A stretch of 54,786 nucleotides of DNA from an uncultured Actinomycetes bacterium (GTDB lineage Bacteria; Actinomycetota; Acidimicrobiia; Acidimicrobiales; RAAP-2), in assembly GCA_903848885.1 (NCBI GenBank), contig CAINHL010000023.1, forward strand, positions 1 through 54,786. Reading direction: 5' to 3'. The translations under genes and the position numbers were made by a program. The notes below the pieces were generated by a model. The model was not told the origin of the DNA. It made no database searches and saw only the letters and a program-made list of their open reading frames with translations. Positions 44,068 to 53,790 of the stretch are shown here, one piece after another; positions within the stretch are counted from its first letter, which is position 1, and every line of letters starts with the position of its first letter.

Positions 44068-45070
44068 CCGCGCTCGTGACGAAATCACGCAGGATGCGGC
44101 GCAGCTCGACGGTGGTGCGATCCGCGCGAGTATGCACCTCGTCGGTAATGTCCAGCGGCAACACGAGCTCGGCGTAGCGCGACTGAACGACGAGATCTTC
44201 GTCAATCACCGCCACCTCAAAGGCCACGGCGTCATCCATGCGCTCGCGCGAACCCTCGAGATCGTTGCGCCACAGCGAGGAGTAGACCCGTACCGTCTCG
44301 TTCGTTTCCGGCGTGAGGAAGAATCCAATCACGTTTGATCCCCCGGCATCGAGAAAGTCGATAGCTAGTTCCAAATGGAAGGGAGCGTGGTAGCGATAGG
44401 TCAAACGGCGGCGTTGCAGCAGGGGGCGAATTCCCGCCGCGACGCCGGGGTCTTCGCGGTTCGCGAAAAGGTGTTCGTAGGCGGCGCTAAAGGTGAAGCC
44501 CTGACGCTCGACCGAATAACTCGGCACCGTGCGTTCTTCGCCCGCGCCGAAGGTGCCGACGTGTACGAAGGGGAAATGCGCCATGTCCAAAAAATTGTCC
44601 GCCAAGAGACCCGCCGACGCGCGCGTGGTCATGACGGGTAGGTCGCCACGCAGAAAAGAGTCATCCGCGGCCGCGGCGATGGACGGTGGTGCGGTGCGTG
44701 GTTCTTCTGGCGCCACGAAGACCATGCCGTGACTTTCGTGAATGGCGAAAGGTCCACTCAAGCGAGCGGTCGGCGGCAAGGTGGCGTCGGGTCCGAGGGC
44801 CGGGATTTCCACGCAGCGTCCGGTGGCGTCAAAGACCCACCCGTGATAGCCGCAGCGTAGATTTTCACCTTCGCACTGGCCGAGGGAGAGGGGCGCGAGA
44901 CGATGGGGGCAACGATCCAAAAAGACCCGCAGCTCGCCCGAGGGAGACCTCCACACCACGTAGGGCTCGTTGAGCAAGGTGAAGGCCCGCGGCCTGTCAC
45001 TCACCTCAGCGCTGCGACACAATGCGTGCCAGCCCTTGCGCAACGCGGGATCGGTATTCGTCAGTTTCAC
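44060..45070 (-). CDS. Rieske non-heme iron oxygenase (VanA/KshA-like)
   Basis: CPH...CGYH Rieske motif; DNFLDMAHFPFVH and late ED iron ligands; GTGA overlap with the upstream gene. Confidence 0.9.
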   Translation of the reverse strand: MKLTNTDPALRKGWHALCRSAEVSDRPRAFTLLNEPYVVWRSPSGELRVFLDRCPHRLAPLSLGQCEGENLRCGYHGWVFDATGRCVEIPALGPDATLPPTARLSGPFAIHESHGMVFVAPEEPRTAPPSIAAAADDSFLRGDLPVMTTRASAGLLADNFLDMAHFPFVHVGTFGAGEERTVPSYSVERQGFTFSAAYEHLFANREDPGVAAGIRPLLQRRRLTYRYHAPFHLELAIDFLDAGGSNVIGFFLTPETNETVRVYSSLWRNDLEGSRERMDDAVAFEVAVIDEDLVVQSRYAELVLPLDITDEVHTRADRTTVELRRILRDFVTSADD

Positions 45071-45876
45071 GAATGGCTCAGTGCGGCGAGTTGATTCATC
45101 AGGGCACCCGCATCGGGGGTGCTGGGCGTCGAGACGCCTATTCCCTTCAGCAGCGAGCTGGCCGTTCCGCCAAGATTTTGTTGGAGTAGCAATCCGCTGA
45201 TGGGGCGTACTTCTGAGGCCAGAGGAGCGACAATGCGGGGTGAGTGGTTGTAACTCACTACCTTCAGCGACAAAGTGGCGTTGGTGCTCGCGCTCTGCAC
45301 CGTGGCCGACGCCGCAGATACTTCTCCGCCGGTACCGGTGGTAACCGACACGCTCACGTCGGCGTTCTTGAGCGACAGTCCCGCGAGACGGCTGGGTGGG
45401 TGGTAGGTGTGCGTAGTCTGCCAGCCGTTCACGGTGACCACCGCGGGGGCGAGGCTGGGAAGAAGGGAGAGATCGGGGTGCGTCATCTCGGCCGCGAGAC
45501 CAAAGAGCGACACCTTGCCGATGGGGGTCGACACCCATTGACTATTCCAGACCTTGCTCAGGGTGGGCACGTTGACGTACAAGGTGTGATGCAGCACGAT
45601 AAACGAGGCGCTCACCGAGGTGAAGCCCGCCGGAATGATGACGGTCCCGGCGAGCGCGTTGTCGGCAAAGTCGATGTTGAGATGGACGCTGACCCCGTAG
45701 GGCTGACCCGCGGTCAGCTGGAGGGCGAGCTCCGTGCTGTGGGGGGGAATCCCCTGGAGGGGGTAGGGGTCACCATTGGATTGCCCCGTGGTGGCCGCCC
45801 ACGTGATGCCCACGCCGGTGAGCACGAGGGCCGTTACCCCAATGAGTATTCCGAGAGTTCGCCGAGGAGATGTCAC
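45067..45876 (-). CDS. Exported/membrane-anchored beta-rich protein, possibly LppX/LprAFG (LolA-like) fold
   Basis: N-terminal TM or signal peptide; LYVNVP..W and SYNHSPRIVAP pattern; TAAGGT-N6-GTG; fold is a guess. Confidence 0.6.
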   Translation of the reverse strand: MTSPRRTLGILIGVTALVLTGVGITWAATTGQSNGDPYPLQGIPPHSTELALQLTAGQPYGVSVHLNIDFADNALAGTVIIPAGFTSVSASFIVLHHTLYVNVPTLSKVWNSQWVSTPIGKVSLFGLAAEMTHPDLSLLPSLAPAVVTVNGWQTTHTYHPPSRLAGLSLKNADVSVSVTTGTGGEVSAASATVQSASTNATLSLKVVSYNHSPRIVAPLASEVRPISGLLLQQNLGGTASSLLKGIGVSTPSTPDAGALMNQLAALSHS

Positions 45877-45908
45877 CCCTTCACCTTAGTGATGATGGGT
45901 AAATCTGA

Positions 45909-48900
45909 CTAGCGAAAATCACGCGAACCCGGACTGGGGGCTGGCGCAACCATCGCGCGTACGTGTTCGGCCACCACGTTGGTCGCGCCCTGCCCCTTTT
46001 CTAAGGTCCCGCATATTTCTAAGAGCGGATGACGCCCCGCCACTGATTCCCAGCGCGCCCAGGCTCCTCGAGAAAAGACCACGTTGACGTGACCCGTCTC
46101 GTCTTCCAAATTCAAAAAGACTGCCCCGCGGGCCGTCTCGGGGTGTTGGCGGTGCGTGACTACTCCCGCGACCGTGATGCGACCGCCTTCGAGCGTCTCG
46201 AGATCCGTGGCGCAGAGCACAGCCCTGCTCCGTAACTCGTCGCGTAGCAACTCCATAACCGTGGCCTGTGGCGTCAATCCCATGGCCCAGAGATCATCAG
46301 CAATACGTTCGAACTCCGAAGGGGCCGCGAGGTCCGGGGCGCTCACCCCCGTCACGATGCCGGCCAGACGGTCGGGTCGGTTCTGTGCGGCCGCGCCGGC
46401 TTCCCAAATAGCCGAACGTCGCGATGGACCCAGAGAGTCCAAGGCACCCGCCGCCGCGAGAGCTTCCAGTTGTGATCGCTGGCAGCCCGCGCGACGCACG
46501 AGGTCTGAGCTGCTCTCCCAGGGCGCACCGTCCACGATGCGTTGCGCGAGTTCGGTGCCCACCGAACGAATATCACCGAGGCCTAAGCGAACCACGGAAT
46601 CGTCGCGCGTTCCTTCGAGGTGCGCCCCCACCCACGAAGTGTTGACGTCGGGGCGCGCCACCCTCACCCCGTGACGCCGCGCGTCGGCGACCAAACTCTG
46701 CGGTGACCAAAAACCCAAGGGCTGGGCGTTGAGCAGGGAGACTAGAAAAGCATCGGGATGGTAGTGCTTTATCCACGCCGAGCAATACACCAAGTGGGCG
46801 AAAGAAACCGAGTGCGATTCGGGGAAGCCGAAATTTGCGAAGGCCGCCAACGCCTCATAGAGCTGATCGGCGATAGCGCCCACGATTCCGTTGGCCGCCA
46901 TGCCTTCGTAGAAACGGCTCTTCAGGTTCAGCATGCGCAGCTCCGAGCGTTTCGCCGCCATGGCTTGGCGCAACTCGTCGGCTTCGGCCGGAGAAAAATT
47001 CGCCACCGCCACCGCCATCTCCATGAGCTGCTCTTGGAACAGCGGAACTCCCAGCGTGCGCGACAAGATGGGTTCCAGTCGTGGGTGCAGGTAACTCACG
47101 GCTTCGTCGCCACGACGGCGGCGAAGATAGGGATTCACCGCATTTCCTTGAATGGGGCCGGGCCGAATCAAGGCCACTTCAATCACGAGATCGTAAAAAC
47201 AACGTGGCTGCACCCGGGGCAAGGTAGCCATCTGGGCCCGCGACTCCACCTGAAACACTCCCACGGTGTCCGCGCGGCAGAGCAGGTCGTAGACCGCATC
47301 GTCCTGCGGAAACTGCGCCAAGTCGAGTTCGACCCCGTAGAAGCGTCGCACTTCGTCCACGCAGCGGTGCAGGGCGTCGAGCATGCCCAGACCGAGGAGG
47401 TCAAACTTCACCAGACCACTGGCCGCGCAGTCTTCTTTATCCCACTGCACGACGGTACGTCCCGGAGTGCGACCCCACTCCACCGGGCAAACGTCAATAA
47501 CCGGTCGATCACAGATCACCATCCCCGCGGAATGAATACCTAAATGCCGAGGTCGGTGCAAGAGGTCGGTAGCGAGTTCTCGCACCAGCGCGGGCACCAG
47601 TTCTGATGTTTCGTCCTCCCCCTTCATCTCCGCGATGGCCTCGTCGCGATAACCCAGCGCCCGCGCGACGTCGCGCACCGCGGAACGGGGGCGATAGGTA
47701 ATCACGTTGGCCACCTGGGCGGCGTGGCGCCGTCCGTAGCGTTCATAGACGTACTGAATGACTTCTTCACGCCGCCCCGATTCAATATCCACGTCGATAT
47801 CGGGGGGACCGTCGCGCGCGGGCGACAAAAAACGTTCGAAGAAGAGGTGCAGGGCCACCGCGTCGGCGTTGGTGATGCCCAAGGAATAACACACCGCCGA
47901 ATTAGCCGCCGAACCCCGACCTTGGCAGAAGATATTTTCCCGACGACAAAATTCCGTGATGTCCCACACAATAAGGAAATACCCCGCGAAGCCCAGATCG
48001 CGGATCACCCGAAGTTCGTGATCAATCTGTTTCCAGGCGCCGGGAACTCGTTCCGCCTCGCGCGGTCCGTAGCGCTGGCTAGCCCCGCGCGTGGTGAGCT
48101 CTTCTAAATACTCCTGCTCGCTCAATCCGCGCGGAGTAGCGAAATGCGGTAGCGCCGGGGTCAGGAGGCGTAAATCGAAACTGATCTCTCGGGCGAGTTC
48201 CCCCGCGGCGTCCACCACGCCCGGCCAGCGCGCAAAGCGTCGACGTTGTTCGACATCGCCACGCAACGCTCGCGACGGCACCGGGGAATTCCACCCCTCC
48301 ATCTCGTCCAAACTCCGCCGCGCCCGAATGGCCGACAGCACACTGGCGCGACGAAATTCTGCCGTGGTGGCGTAGTGCACGTTGCCGGTTGCCACCACCT
48401 CGACCTGTCGGCTCAGGGCAATCTCTACCAAAGCGTCGTTGCGGGCCACGTCGTAGCCCGTGGCCTCATCCCAGATTTCCATCACCACGTTGTTCGCTCC
48501 GCAGACCTCGCGCACCCGATCAAAGGCCCGCGCGGCGGCGCGCGGGCCCCGCTGGGCGAGTGCGGTTGCGACGACACCCTTGCGCGCACCGGTGAGTACC
48601 ACCCACTCGTCGCCACCCACGCACAGATCTTCGAGGACGAAACGAGGAGTTCCTTTATCACCCCTGGCTAAATGCCCTTCCGCCAGAAAACGCGAGAGCC
48701 GACGGTAGCCCTCGGGGGACCGCGCCAAGACAATGAGGTGCTCTCCCGAAGGATCACTGACTCCCACTCGGTCATCGGTGGCCGACAAGGTGATCTCGGC
48801 CCCGAACACGGTGGGCAGGGCGCAGGCGCGGGCGGCGGCGGCGAAGCGCACCACTCCGTACAGCCCGTGATGATCCGTGAGCGCGAGGCCGGATAATCCC

Positions 48901-48995
48901 AGTCGTGTCGCTTCCACCACGAGCTCTTCAGGATCACTCGCACCGTCGAGAAAGCTGAATCCCGAATGCGCGTGCAGTTCGGCGTAGGTAGCCAT
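45909..48995 (-). CDS. dnaE2: Error-prone DNA polymerase DnaE2 (ImuC)
   Basis: YAELHAHS.FSFLDGAS PHP domain, GRGSAANS, PPDIDVD, C-terminal SRDFR. Confidence 0.96.
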   Translation of the reverse strand: MATYAELHAHSGFSFLDGASDPEELVVEATRLGLSGLALTDHHGLYGVVRFAAAARACALPTVFGAEITLSATDDRVGVSDPSGEHLIVLARSPEGYRRLSRFLAEGHLARGDKGTPRFVLEDLCVGGDEWVVLTGARKGVVATALAQRGPRAAARAFDRVREVCGANNVVMEIWDEATGYDVARNDALVEIALSRQVEVVATGNVHYATTAEFRRASVLSAIRARRSLDEMEGWNSPVPSRALRGDVEQRRRFARWPGVVDAAGELAREISFDLRLLTPALPHFATPRGLSEQEYLEELTTRGASQRYGPREAERVPGAWKQIDHELRVIRDLGFAGYFLIVWDITEFCRRENIFCQGRGSAANSAVCYSLGITNADAVALHLFFERFLSPARDGPPDIDVDIESGRREEVIQYVYERYGRRHAAQVANVITYRPRSAVRDVARALGYRDEAIAEMKGEDETSELVPALVRELATDLLHRPRHLGIHSAGMVICDRPVIDVCPVEWGRTPGRTVVQWDKEDCAASGLVKFDLLGLGMLDALHRCVDEVRRFYGVELDLAQFPQDDAVYDLLCRADTVGVFQVESRAQMATLPRVQPRCFYDLVIEVALIRPGPIQGNAVNPYLRRRRGDEAVSYLHPRLEPILSRTLGVPLFQEQLMEMAVAVANFSPAEADELRQAMAAKRSELRMLNLKSRFYEGMAANGIVGAIADQLYEALAAFANFGFPESHSVSFAHLVYCSAWIKHYHPDAFLVSLLNAQPLGFWSPQSLVADARRHGVRVARPDVNTSWVGAHLEGTRDDSVVRLGLGDIRSVGTELAQRIVDGAPWESSSDLVRRAGCQRSQLEALAAAGALDSLGPSRRSAIWEAGAAAQNRPDRLAGIVTGVSAPDLAAPSEFERIADDLWAMGLTPQATVMELLRDELRSRAVLCATDLETLEGGRITVAGVVTHRQHPETARGAVFLNLEDETGHVNVVFSRGAWARWESVAGRHPLLEICGTLEKGQGATNVVAEHVRAMVAPAPSPGSRDFR

Positions 48996-50065
48996 TAGTC
49001 GTAGATCCCCGCCACCCACCACGAGCGCCGTTCGGCGAACAGCAAGAGAGCACCGAGATCAGCCACGGCCACTTGGGCGTGCGCGCGTCGTCGTCCTTCG
49101 CGCCACCACTGCTCCACCAAGGGCCACGGTCCCGCCCACCAGAGAACCTGGTGACGCGAGCGTCCATCGAGATCGCACCAGACGGGCTCGCTGGATAAAA
49201 GACCGCGCGAATCCACCGTGACCGGCTCGCCACGTGCGCCGCTGACCCGCACCGACACCGGATGGCGCAAAATGAGCGATGGGGCGGGCGAAGGAAGACG
49301 TCCCGGCCACGGAGCTATCCGCAGCGGTGCAGGGGGCGTCGTCCCCCAGGGAAGGAAGCGTGCTCGATCCACGGGGCTGTAACCCTCGCCTAGTTGCGCC
49401 GTGCACACCGCCGCGGTCCCGAGTCGCTGGCCCACGCGGTGCGCCGCGGCCGCAGCTCGTTCGTCACGGTTCGCGCGATCACCGAAAAAACTCGCCTGCA
49501 CTTCTTGGGGCTCCTCGTCACCACGCAATTGCCCCAGCCGGCGCGCGAGACGCGGGTCACGTTGCTCCGGTAATTCTGCGAGATCACCACGCGCCACCCG
49601 ATGGGCCATCACCACGTCGCTCGAGAAGCGTTCCGCCACCTTGCTCGCCGGCAGGTCCGCGAACTGACCCACGCTGCTAATACCTAAGCGCCGCGCCGTG
49701 CTCGAGAGTTCCCGCCGCGCGAGTTCTTCGACGGGAAGCGAGCGGCGAAAGTCTTCCGTCTCGTTATCCGCCACAATGCACGAACGGCGAGCGGCGGCTT
49801 CCGCGGCGAATATCCCCTCGGCAATCCCCACCCGGGCCGGCGTAAAAGATTCCACCAGGCGGCGCAGGGCGAGCAGCGCGGATTCCTCACCGCCATGAAA
49901 GCGACTCGGCCCGCGCATGGGTACCGCGACCACCCCCCAACGCAGGGCCTCGGTAAAGGGGCAGAACTCGGTGAGGGCGGTCACAAAAGCAACAAAATCA
50001 TGTTCGATTTCTCGTCCACGCTGGGGAACGAGTTCGTCCGCCAGCACCACGCACCAGCGCGTCAC
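48995..50065 (-). CDS. imuB: ImuB-like inactive Y-family protein (short form)
   Basis: RGPSRFHGGE, QASFF clamp-like motif, PWPGRLPSPAP, WAGPWP..E.WW, WWVAGIYD; overlaps imuA and dnaE2. Confidence 0.85.
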   Translation of the reverse strand: MTRWCVVLADELVPQRGREIEHDFVAFVTALTEFCPFTEALRWGVVAVPMRGPSRFHGGEESALLALRRLVESFTPARVGIAEGIFAAEAAARRSCIVADNETEDFRRSLPVEELARRELSSTARRLGISSVGQFADLPASKVAERFSSDVVMAHRVARGDLAELPEQRDPRLARRLGQLRGDEEPQEVQASFFGDRANRDERAAAAAHRVGQRLGTAAVCTAQLGEGYSPVDRARFLPWGTTPPAPLRIAPWPGRLPSPAPSLILRHPVSVRVSGARGEPVTVDSRGLLSSEPVWCDLDGRSRHQVLWWAGPWPLVEQWWREGRRRAHAQVAVADLGALLLFAERRSWWVAGIYD

Positions 50066-50727
50066 CGCGACCACTCTCGTATGGCCCCGGCACGATCCGG
50101 CAAGGCCAGGGTGTACTCGCGCTCACGGCGAGCCCCCCCGCGACCGCTCAGACGCACCGTGGCGACGCGCTCACGCAAACGCGAGTCGGGGAGCCAGCGC
50201 GCGTGCACGACCTCGATGGTGAGATCGCTCGGTACCGGCCAGGCGTTACGCGCATCGGTGAGCACGATGAGAGTGGTTCCATTTTCACGAGCGCGCGCGC
50301 TGAGTCGTCGCGCGTCCGCGTGCGCTGCGCGTACCGGAACTTTGACGATGACCGCATCGACTCCAGAGAAAAGATCCGCCACCGAAGCCGCCCATTCGCC
50401 GCGGGGACGAGAGACGAAGAGCACGCGACGTAAATCAATTCCGAGTTCGCTCATCGCCACCACGCCGGGTTCTTCCACACCCACCACGGCGAGCCAATGG
50501 CCACGCTGAGTTAACTCACTGGTCACCCCAAAGGCCACCGTGAGTCCCCCGTCGCCCGGAGCGGCGTGAATGGAAATGGTCGAACCACGTCGCAGCGACC
50601 TTTCGGGAATGAGCGTGGCCCAGGGTTCGCCCAGGGGCAAAACCCTCGCCGACGCCGACGTGACGGGGCGAATGTGGGCTGCCAAAGACTGCGGTAATTC
50701 TGGACGATTCTCGGAAAAAGCGAACAT
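50062..50727 (-). CDS. imuA: ImuA'-like RecA-fold protein
   Basis: LRRGS, W.AVVG..G..A..ELGIDL.R, RRLSARARE; first gene of the cassette. Confidence 0.85.
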   Translation of the reverse strand: MFAFSENRPELPQSLAAHIRPVTSASARVLPLGEPWATLIPERSLRRGSTISIHAAPGDGGLTVAFGVTSELTQRGHWLAVVGVEEPGVVAMSELGIDLRRVLFVSRPRGEWAASVADLFSGVDAVIVKVPVRAAHADARRLSARARENGTTLIVLTDARNAWPVPSDLTIEVVHARWLPDSRLRERVATVRLSGRGGARREREYTLALPDRAGAIREWSR

Positions 50728-50734
50728 ATGTTCG
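50721..50734. promoter_or_regulatory. LexA (SOS) box
   Basis: Perfect CGAAC-ATAT-GTTCG palindrome overlapping the imuA start; adjacent TACCAT -10 on the minus strand (50736-50741). Confidence 0.92.
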
Positions 50735-50793
50735 TATGGTACTCACTCTGAGTTACACCCGCCATTCGGCTCCGACCCCTAGGGTTCTTACCT

Positions 50794-51498
50794 ATGTGCG
50801 GTCGCCTCGTTCTCCACACCCCGCCCGCTCATTTAGCCCGTTTCCTCGACGCCACCTTGGACCTAGGTCTCGCCGCGGCGGCCACGCCGAGCTGGAATCT
50901 TCCCCCCACGCACCTGCTCTACGGCGTCACCCACGAACCCGACGGGAATCGTCGCATGAGCGCGTACCGCTGGGGCCTCGTACCGCGCTGGGCCAAGTCC
51001 TCGACGAGTACCGCCCACACCATTAATGCCCGCAGCGAGAGCGTGGCCGAAAAACCTTCTTATCGTGGTCCTTTCGCCAGTCAGCCCTGCGCCATCCCGG
51101 TCAACGGTTTTTACGAATGGGAAAGCCGTGACGGCCACGCCAAGCAGCCCTATTACTTTTCGCGCGTCGACGATGAGCTCATGATTTTGGCCGGTCTCTA
51201 CGACCGGTGGTACGACCCGACACTCGGACCCGCAGCGCCCGCACTCATCACCTGCACCATCGTCACCACCGAGGCCAACGAGAACATGGGCGGACTGCAT
51301 GACCGTATCCCGGTGATACTCGAACCCTCCGAAGTAGCGACCTGGATTGCTCCGCACAATGTTGAAGGCCGCACTACCTTGCTCCGCCCGGCGGCTCGAG
51401 GAACACTCCGGCATCACGCGGTCACGCCTTTGGTCGGAAGCGTGCGTCACGACCGGCCCGAATTACTGGATTCGTACCAGCCCCCCACGCTCTTTTAG
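50794..51498 (+). CDS. SRAP / YedK (HMCES-family) abasic-site-processing protein
   Basis: MCGR N-terminus, WGLVP, INARSE, GFYEW, HDRIPVIL. Confidence 0.95.
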   Translation: MCGRLVLHTPPAHLARFLDATLDLGLAAAATPSWNLPPTHLLYGVTHEPDGNRRMSAYRWGLVPRWAKSSTSTAHTINARSESVAEKPSYRGPFASQPCAIPVNGFYEWESRDGHAKQPYYFSRVDDELMILAGLYDRWYDPTLGPAAPALITCTIVTTEANENMGGLHDRIPVILEPSEVATWIAPHNVEGRTTLLRPAARGTLRHHAVTPLVGSVRHDRPELLDSYQPPTLF

Positions 51499-52469
51499 AG
51501 CGTGGTTTCGTTCAGAATTTTTGCGAAGAGATCGTGGGCGATGTTGCGCCCCGACACCACGAAACCCAGACGCGAGTCCGTGTCGTCCACCAGATTTTCG
51601 GTAATGGCGGCGTAGGCGGCCGAGGCCGAGCCTTCCATTACCACGCCGTTACTCTCGGCGGCTTCGCGCACGGCGGATCGAATATTTACCTCGGGAACCA
51701 ACACGATTGAGATGCCGTGCTGGGCGATGATCTCCGTGGTCACGGCGTCATCGTCGCCACCACCGGCCAGGCCGTCAGCGATGGTGTCGTCGTGCACCAC
51801 GTCCGCCATCTTCACGCCCCGTAGGACGTGGTACATCGCTGCGCTGCGCTGCGGTTGCACACCGGTGATGCGGATGTCGTGACGACCCATGATCTCGCGG
51901 GCGAGAACGGCCGAGCTGATAAGTCCGCCACCACCCACCGAGACCACGACGTGTTCAAGGTCCGGGCACTGCTCAAACATTTCGAAGAACACCGTGCTCT
52001 GCCCGGCGATGACGTGAGTGTCATTGAACGGAGAGAGGTAGCGAATCCCCCGACTCTCCGCCAGGGCCCAGGCTTCGTTCTGGGCGTCGTCGTAACTACT
52101 GCCGACTTGAATGAGTTCGATGTCGTAGCTCTGCAGTTTCTTTACCTTCACCGCCGAGGCGTTACCTGGCACCACCACGGTGGCGCGTACGCCCAGCACG
52201 CTGGCGGCGTAGGCAATACCGAGGCCATGATTCCCCGCCGACGAGGCAATCACCGCGCCGTCGGGGTTTTCCCTCTGGGCGGCGGCTACCGCCGCGAGAG
52301 CACCGCGACTCTTAAACGAGCCGGTGTGCTGAAAGGATTCCATTTTGGCCAGAACGGATCGTCCCCGAAGAGAGAAATCGAGAACGGGGGTCACGCGCAA
52401 ATGATCCGCGATGACTCGCCGAGCATCTTCTACCTGTGCTGGCGTCGGTGGCAGCACTATTTTGGACAT
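51495..52469 (-). CDS. Threonine/serine dehydratase-family PLP enzyme (no ACT domain)
   Basis: K.E..Q.TGSFK.RGA, SAGNHG, VGGGGL, TIADGL, SGRNI. Confidence 0.88.
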   Translation of the reverse strand: MSKIVLPPTPAQVEDARRVIADHLRVTPVLDFSLRGRSVLAKMESFQHTGSFKSRGALAAVAAAQRENPDGAVIASSAGNHGLGIAYAASVLGVRATVVVPGNASAVKVKKLQSYDIELIQVGSSYDDAQNEAWALAESRGIRYLSPFNDTHVIAGQSTVFFEMFEQCPDLEHVVVSVGGGGLISSAVLAREIMGRHDIRITGVQPQRSAAMYHVLRGVKMADVVHDDTIADGLAGGGDDDAVTTEIIAQHGISIVLVPEVNIRSAVREAAESNGVVMEGSASAAYAAITENLVDDTDSRLGFVVSGRNIAHDLFAKILNETTL

Positions 52470-52530
52470 GAGAACCTCCTCTCCAACCCTACTCGTCGAA
52501 TCTTTGGGTTCCGAGCGTTAGATTGCAGAG

Positions 52531-53094
52531 GTGCACGCCGCTCTCTCACTCGTCTTGGTGGCACTCGCAGCCTTTGTCGGCACCATGACGGATAACTTCG
52601 CGGTTCTCACCGCCCAACTCGCTCTCACCGATCGCGAGAAGTTTCGTCGGGTCGGCTGGGGTCACTTCATCGGCATGGCCACGATTATTTTGGCCGCGGC
52701 CCTCGTCGGTTTTTCTCTGGAGGGAATCCCCACCTCGTGGGTGGGTTTGCTCGCCGTGGCGCCCCTGGGCCTCGCCGTCCACGCGTGGCGGCACCGCCAC
52801 GACGCCACGCGCGTCAGCAAGCGTGGTGCCACGACCACCTTCCTCATCACTCTGAGCCTGGGTGGCGACAACCTCGCGGTCTGGGTTCCTCTCTTTCGCG
52901 CGGCGGGAACCGCCCACGAGACCGCCATGGTCATTATTTTCCTCCTGGCCGACGGCCTCTTTATCGTCGCGGCCCAGGCCCTGGGCGGTCACGAGAGAAC
53001 GACCCACCTTCTACGTCGCTTCGCCCCTCATCTCACGCCCGTGTTCTACCTCCTGCTCGCCATCCTCGTCCTCTTTCAGTGTCACACCATCTAA
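52531..53094 (+). CDS. CadD-family cadmium resistance transporter-like protein
   Basis: FVGTMTDN and GGDNLAVWVPLF motifs. Confidence 0.8.
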   Translation: MHAALSLVLVALAAFVGTMTDNFAVLTAQLALTDREKFRRVGWGHFIGMATIILAAALVGFSLEGIPTSWVGLLAVAPLGLAVHAWRHRHDATRVSKRGATTTFLITLSLGGDNLAVWVPLFRAAGTAHETAMVIIFLLADGLFIVAAQALGGHERTTHLLRRFAPHLTPVFYLLLAILVLFQCHTI

Positions 53095-53742
53095 ATGAGC
53101 GAGATCGACAACCCCGTCAAGCCAGCCCTGCGCGGTTGGATACACGCGGTCGCCGCCGTAGCGTTGGTCGCCTTGTCGCCCTGGCTCATTACTCGTAGTT
53201 CTCTCACCTCGCACCGTCTCTGGTCACTGTGTTTCTTGGTCGGAGTAGAGATCATGTTGGTGACCAGCGCCCTCTTTCACCGCGTGACCTGGACGCCGGC
53301 GCGTCGTCGCGCCATGCGTCGGGCAGACCACTCGGCCATCTTCTTTGCCATTGCCGGGAGCTACTTAGCCGTCGGGGGGCTCACCATGCACGGGACTTTC
53401 CGTGTCGTCATGCTCAGTTTGATTGGCGGCGGTGCCCTCGTCGGAGTGGCAATTCGCCAGCTCTCCCTCGACGCCCCCAAATGGGTTAACACCCTTCCCT
53501 ACCTCGTCATGGGCTGGTCGGCCATCGGGGTTCTCCCCCAGATGTATCGCGGCGGGGGGAGGGAAGCCTTCTTCCTCGTTCTCGGGGGAGGACTCGCCTA
53601 CAGCCTGGGTGCGCTCTGTTACGCCCTCAAGCGCCCTCGCCTGCGCCCGGCGATCGCTGGCTACCACGAAGTTTTTCACGCCCTCACCATTGTCGGGGCG
53701 GGCTGTCATTTCGCGGCCGTCTACATACTCCTCGCCCGCTAA
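53095..53742 (+). CDS. Hemolysin III / PAQR-family membrane protein
   Basis: KP.LRGWIH, SALFH, DHSAIF..IAGSY, YHEVFH. Confidence 0.92.
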   Translation: MSEIDNPVKPALRGWIHAVAAVALVALSPWLITRSSLTSHRLWSLCFLVGVEIMLVTSALFHRVTWTPARRRAMRRADHSAIFFAIAGSYLAVGGLTMHGTFRVVMLSLIGGGALVGVAIRQLSLDAPKWVNTLPYLVMGWSAIGVLPQMYRGGGREAFFLVLGGGLAYSLGALCYALKRPRLRPAIAGYHEVFHALTIVGAGCHFAAVYILLAR

Positions 53743-53790
53743 GTACGAAGTCTCCTTCTCGTCATCAGGGGTGGCGGTAGCGTAGGGAGA

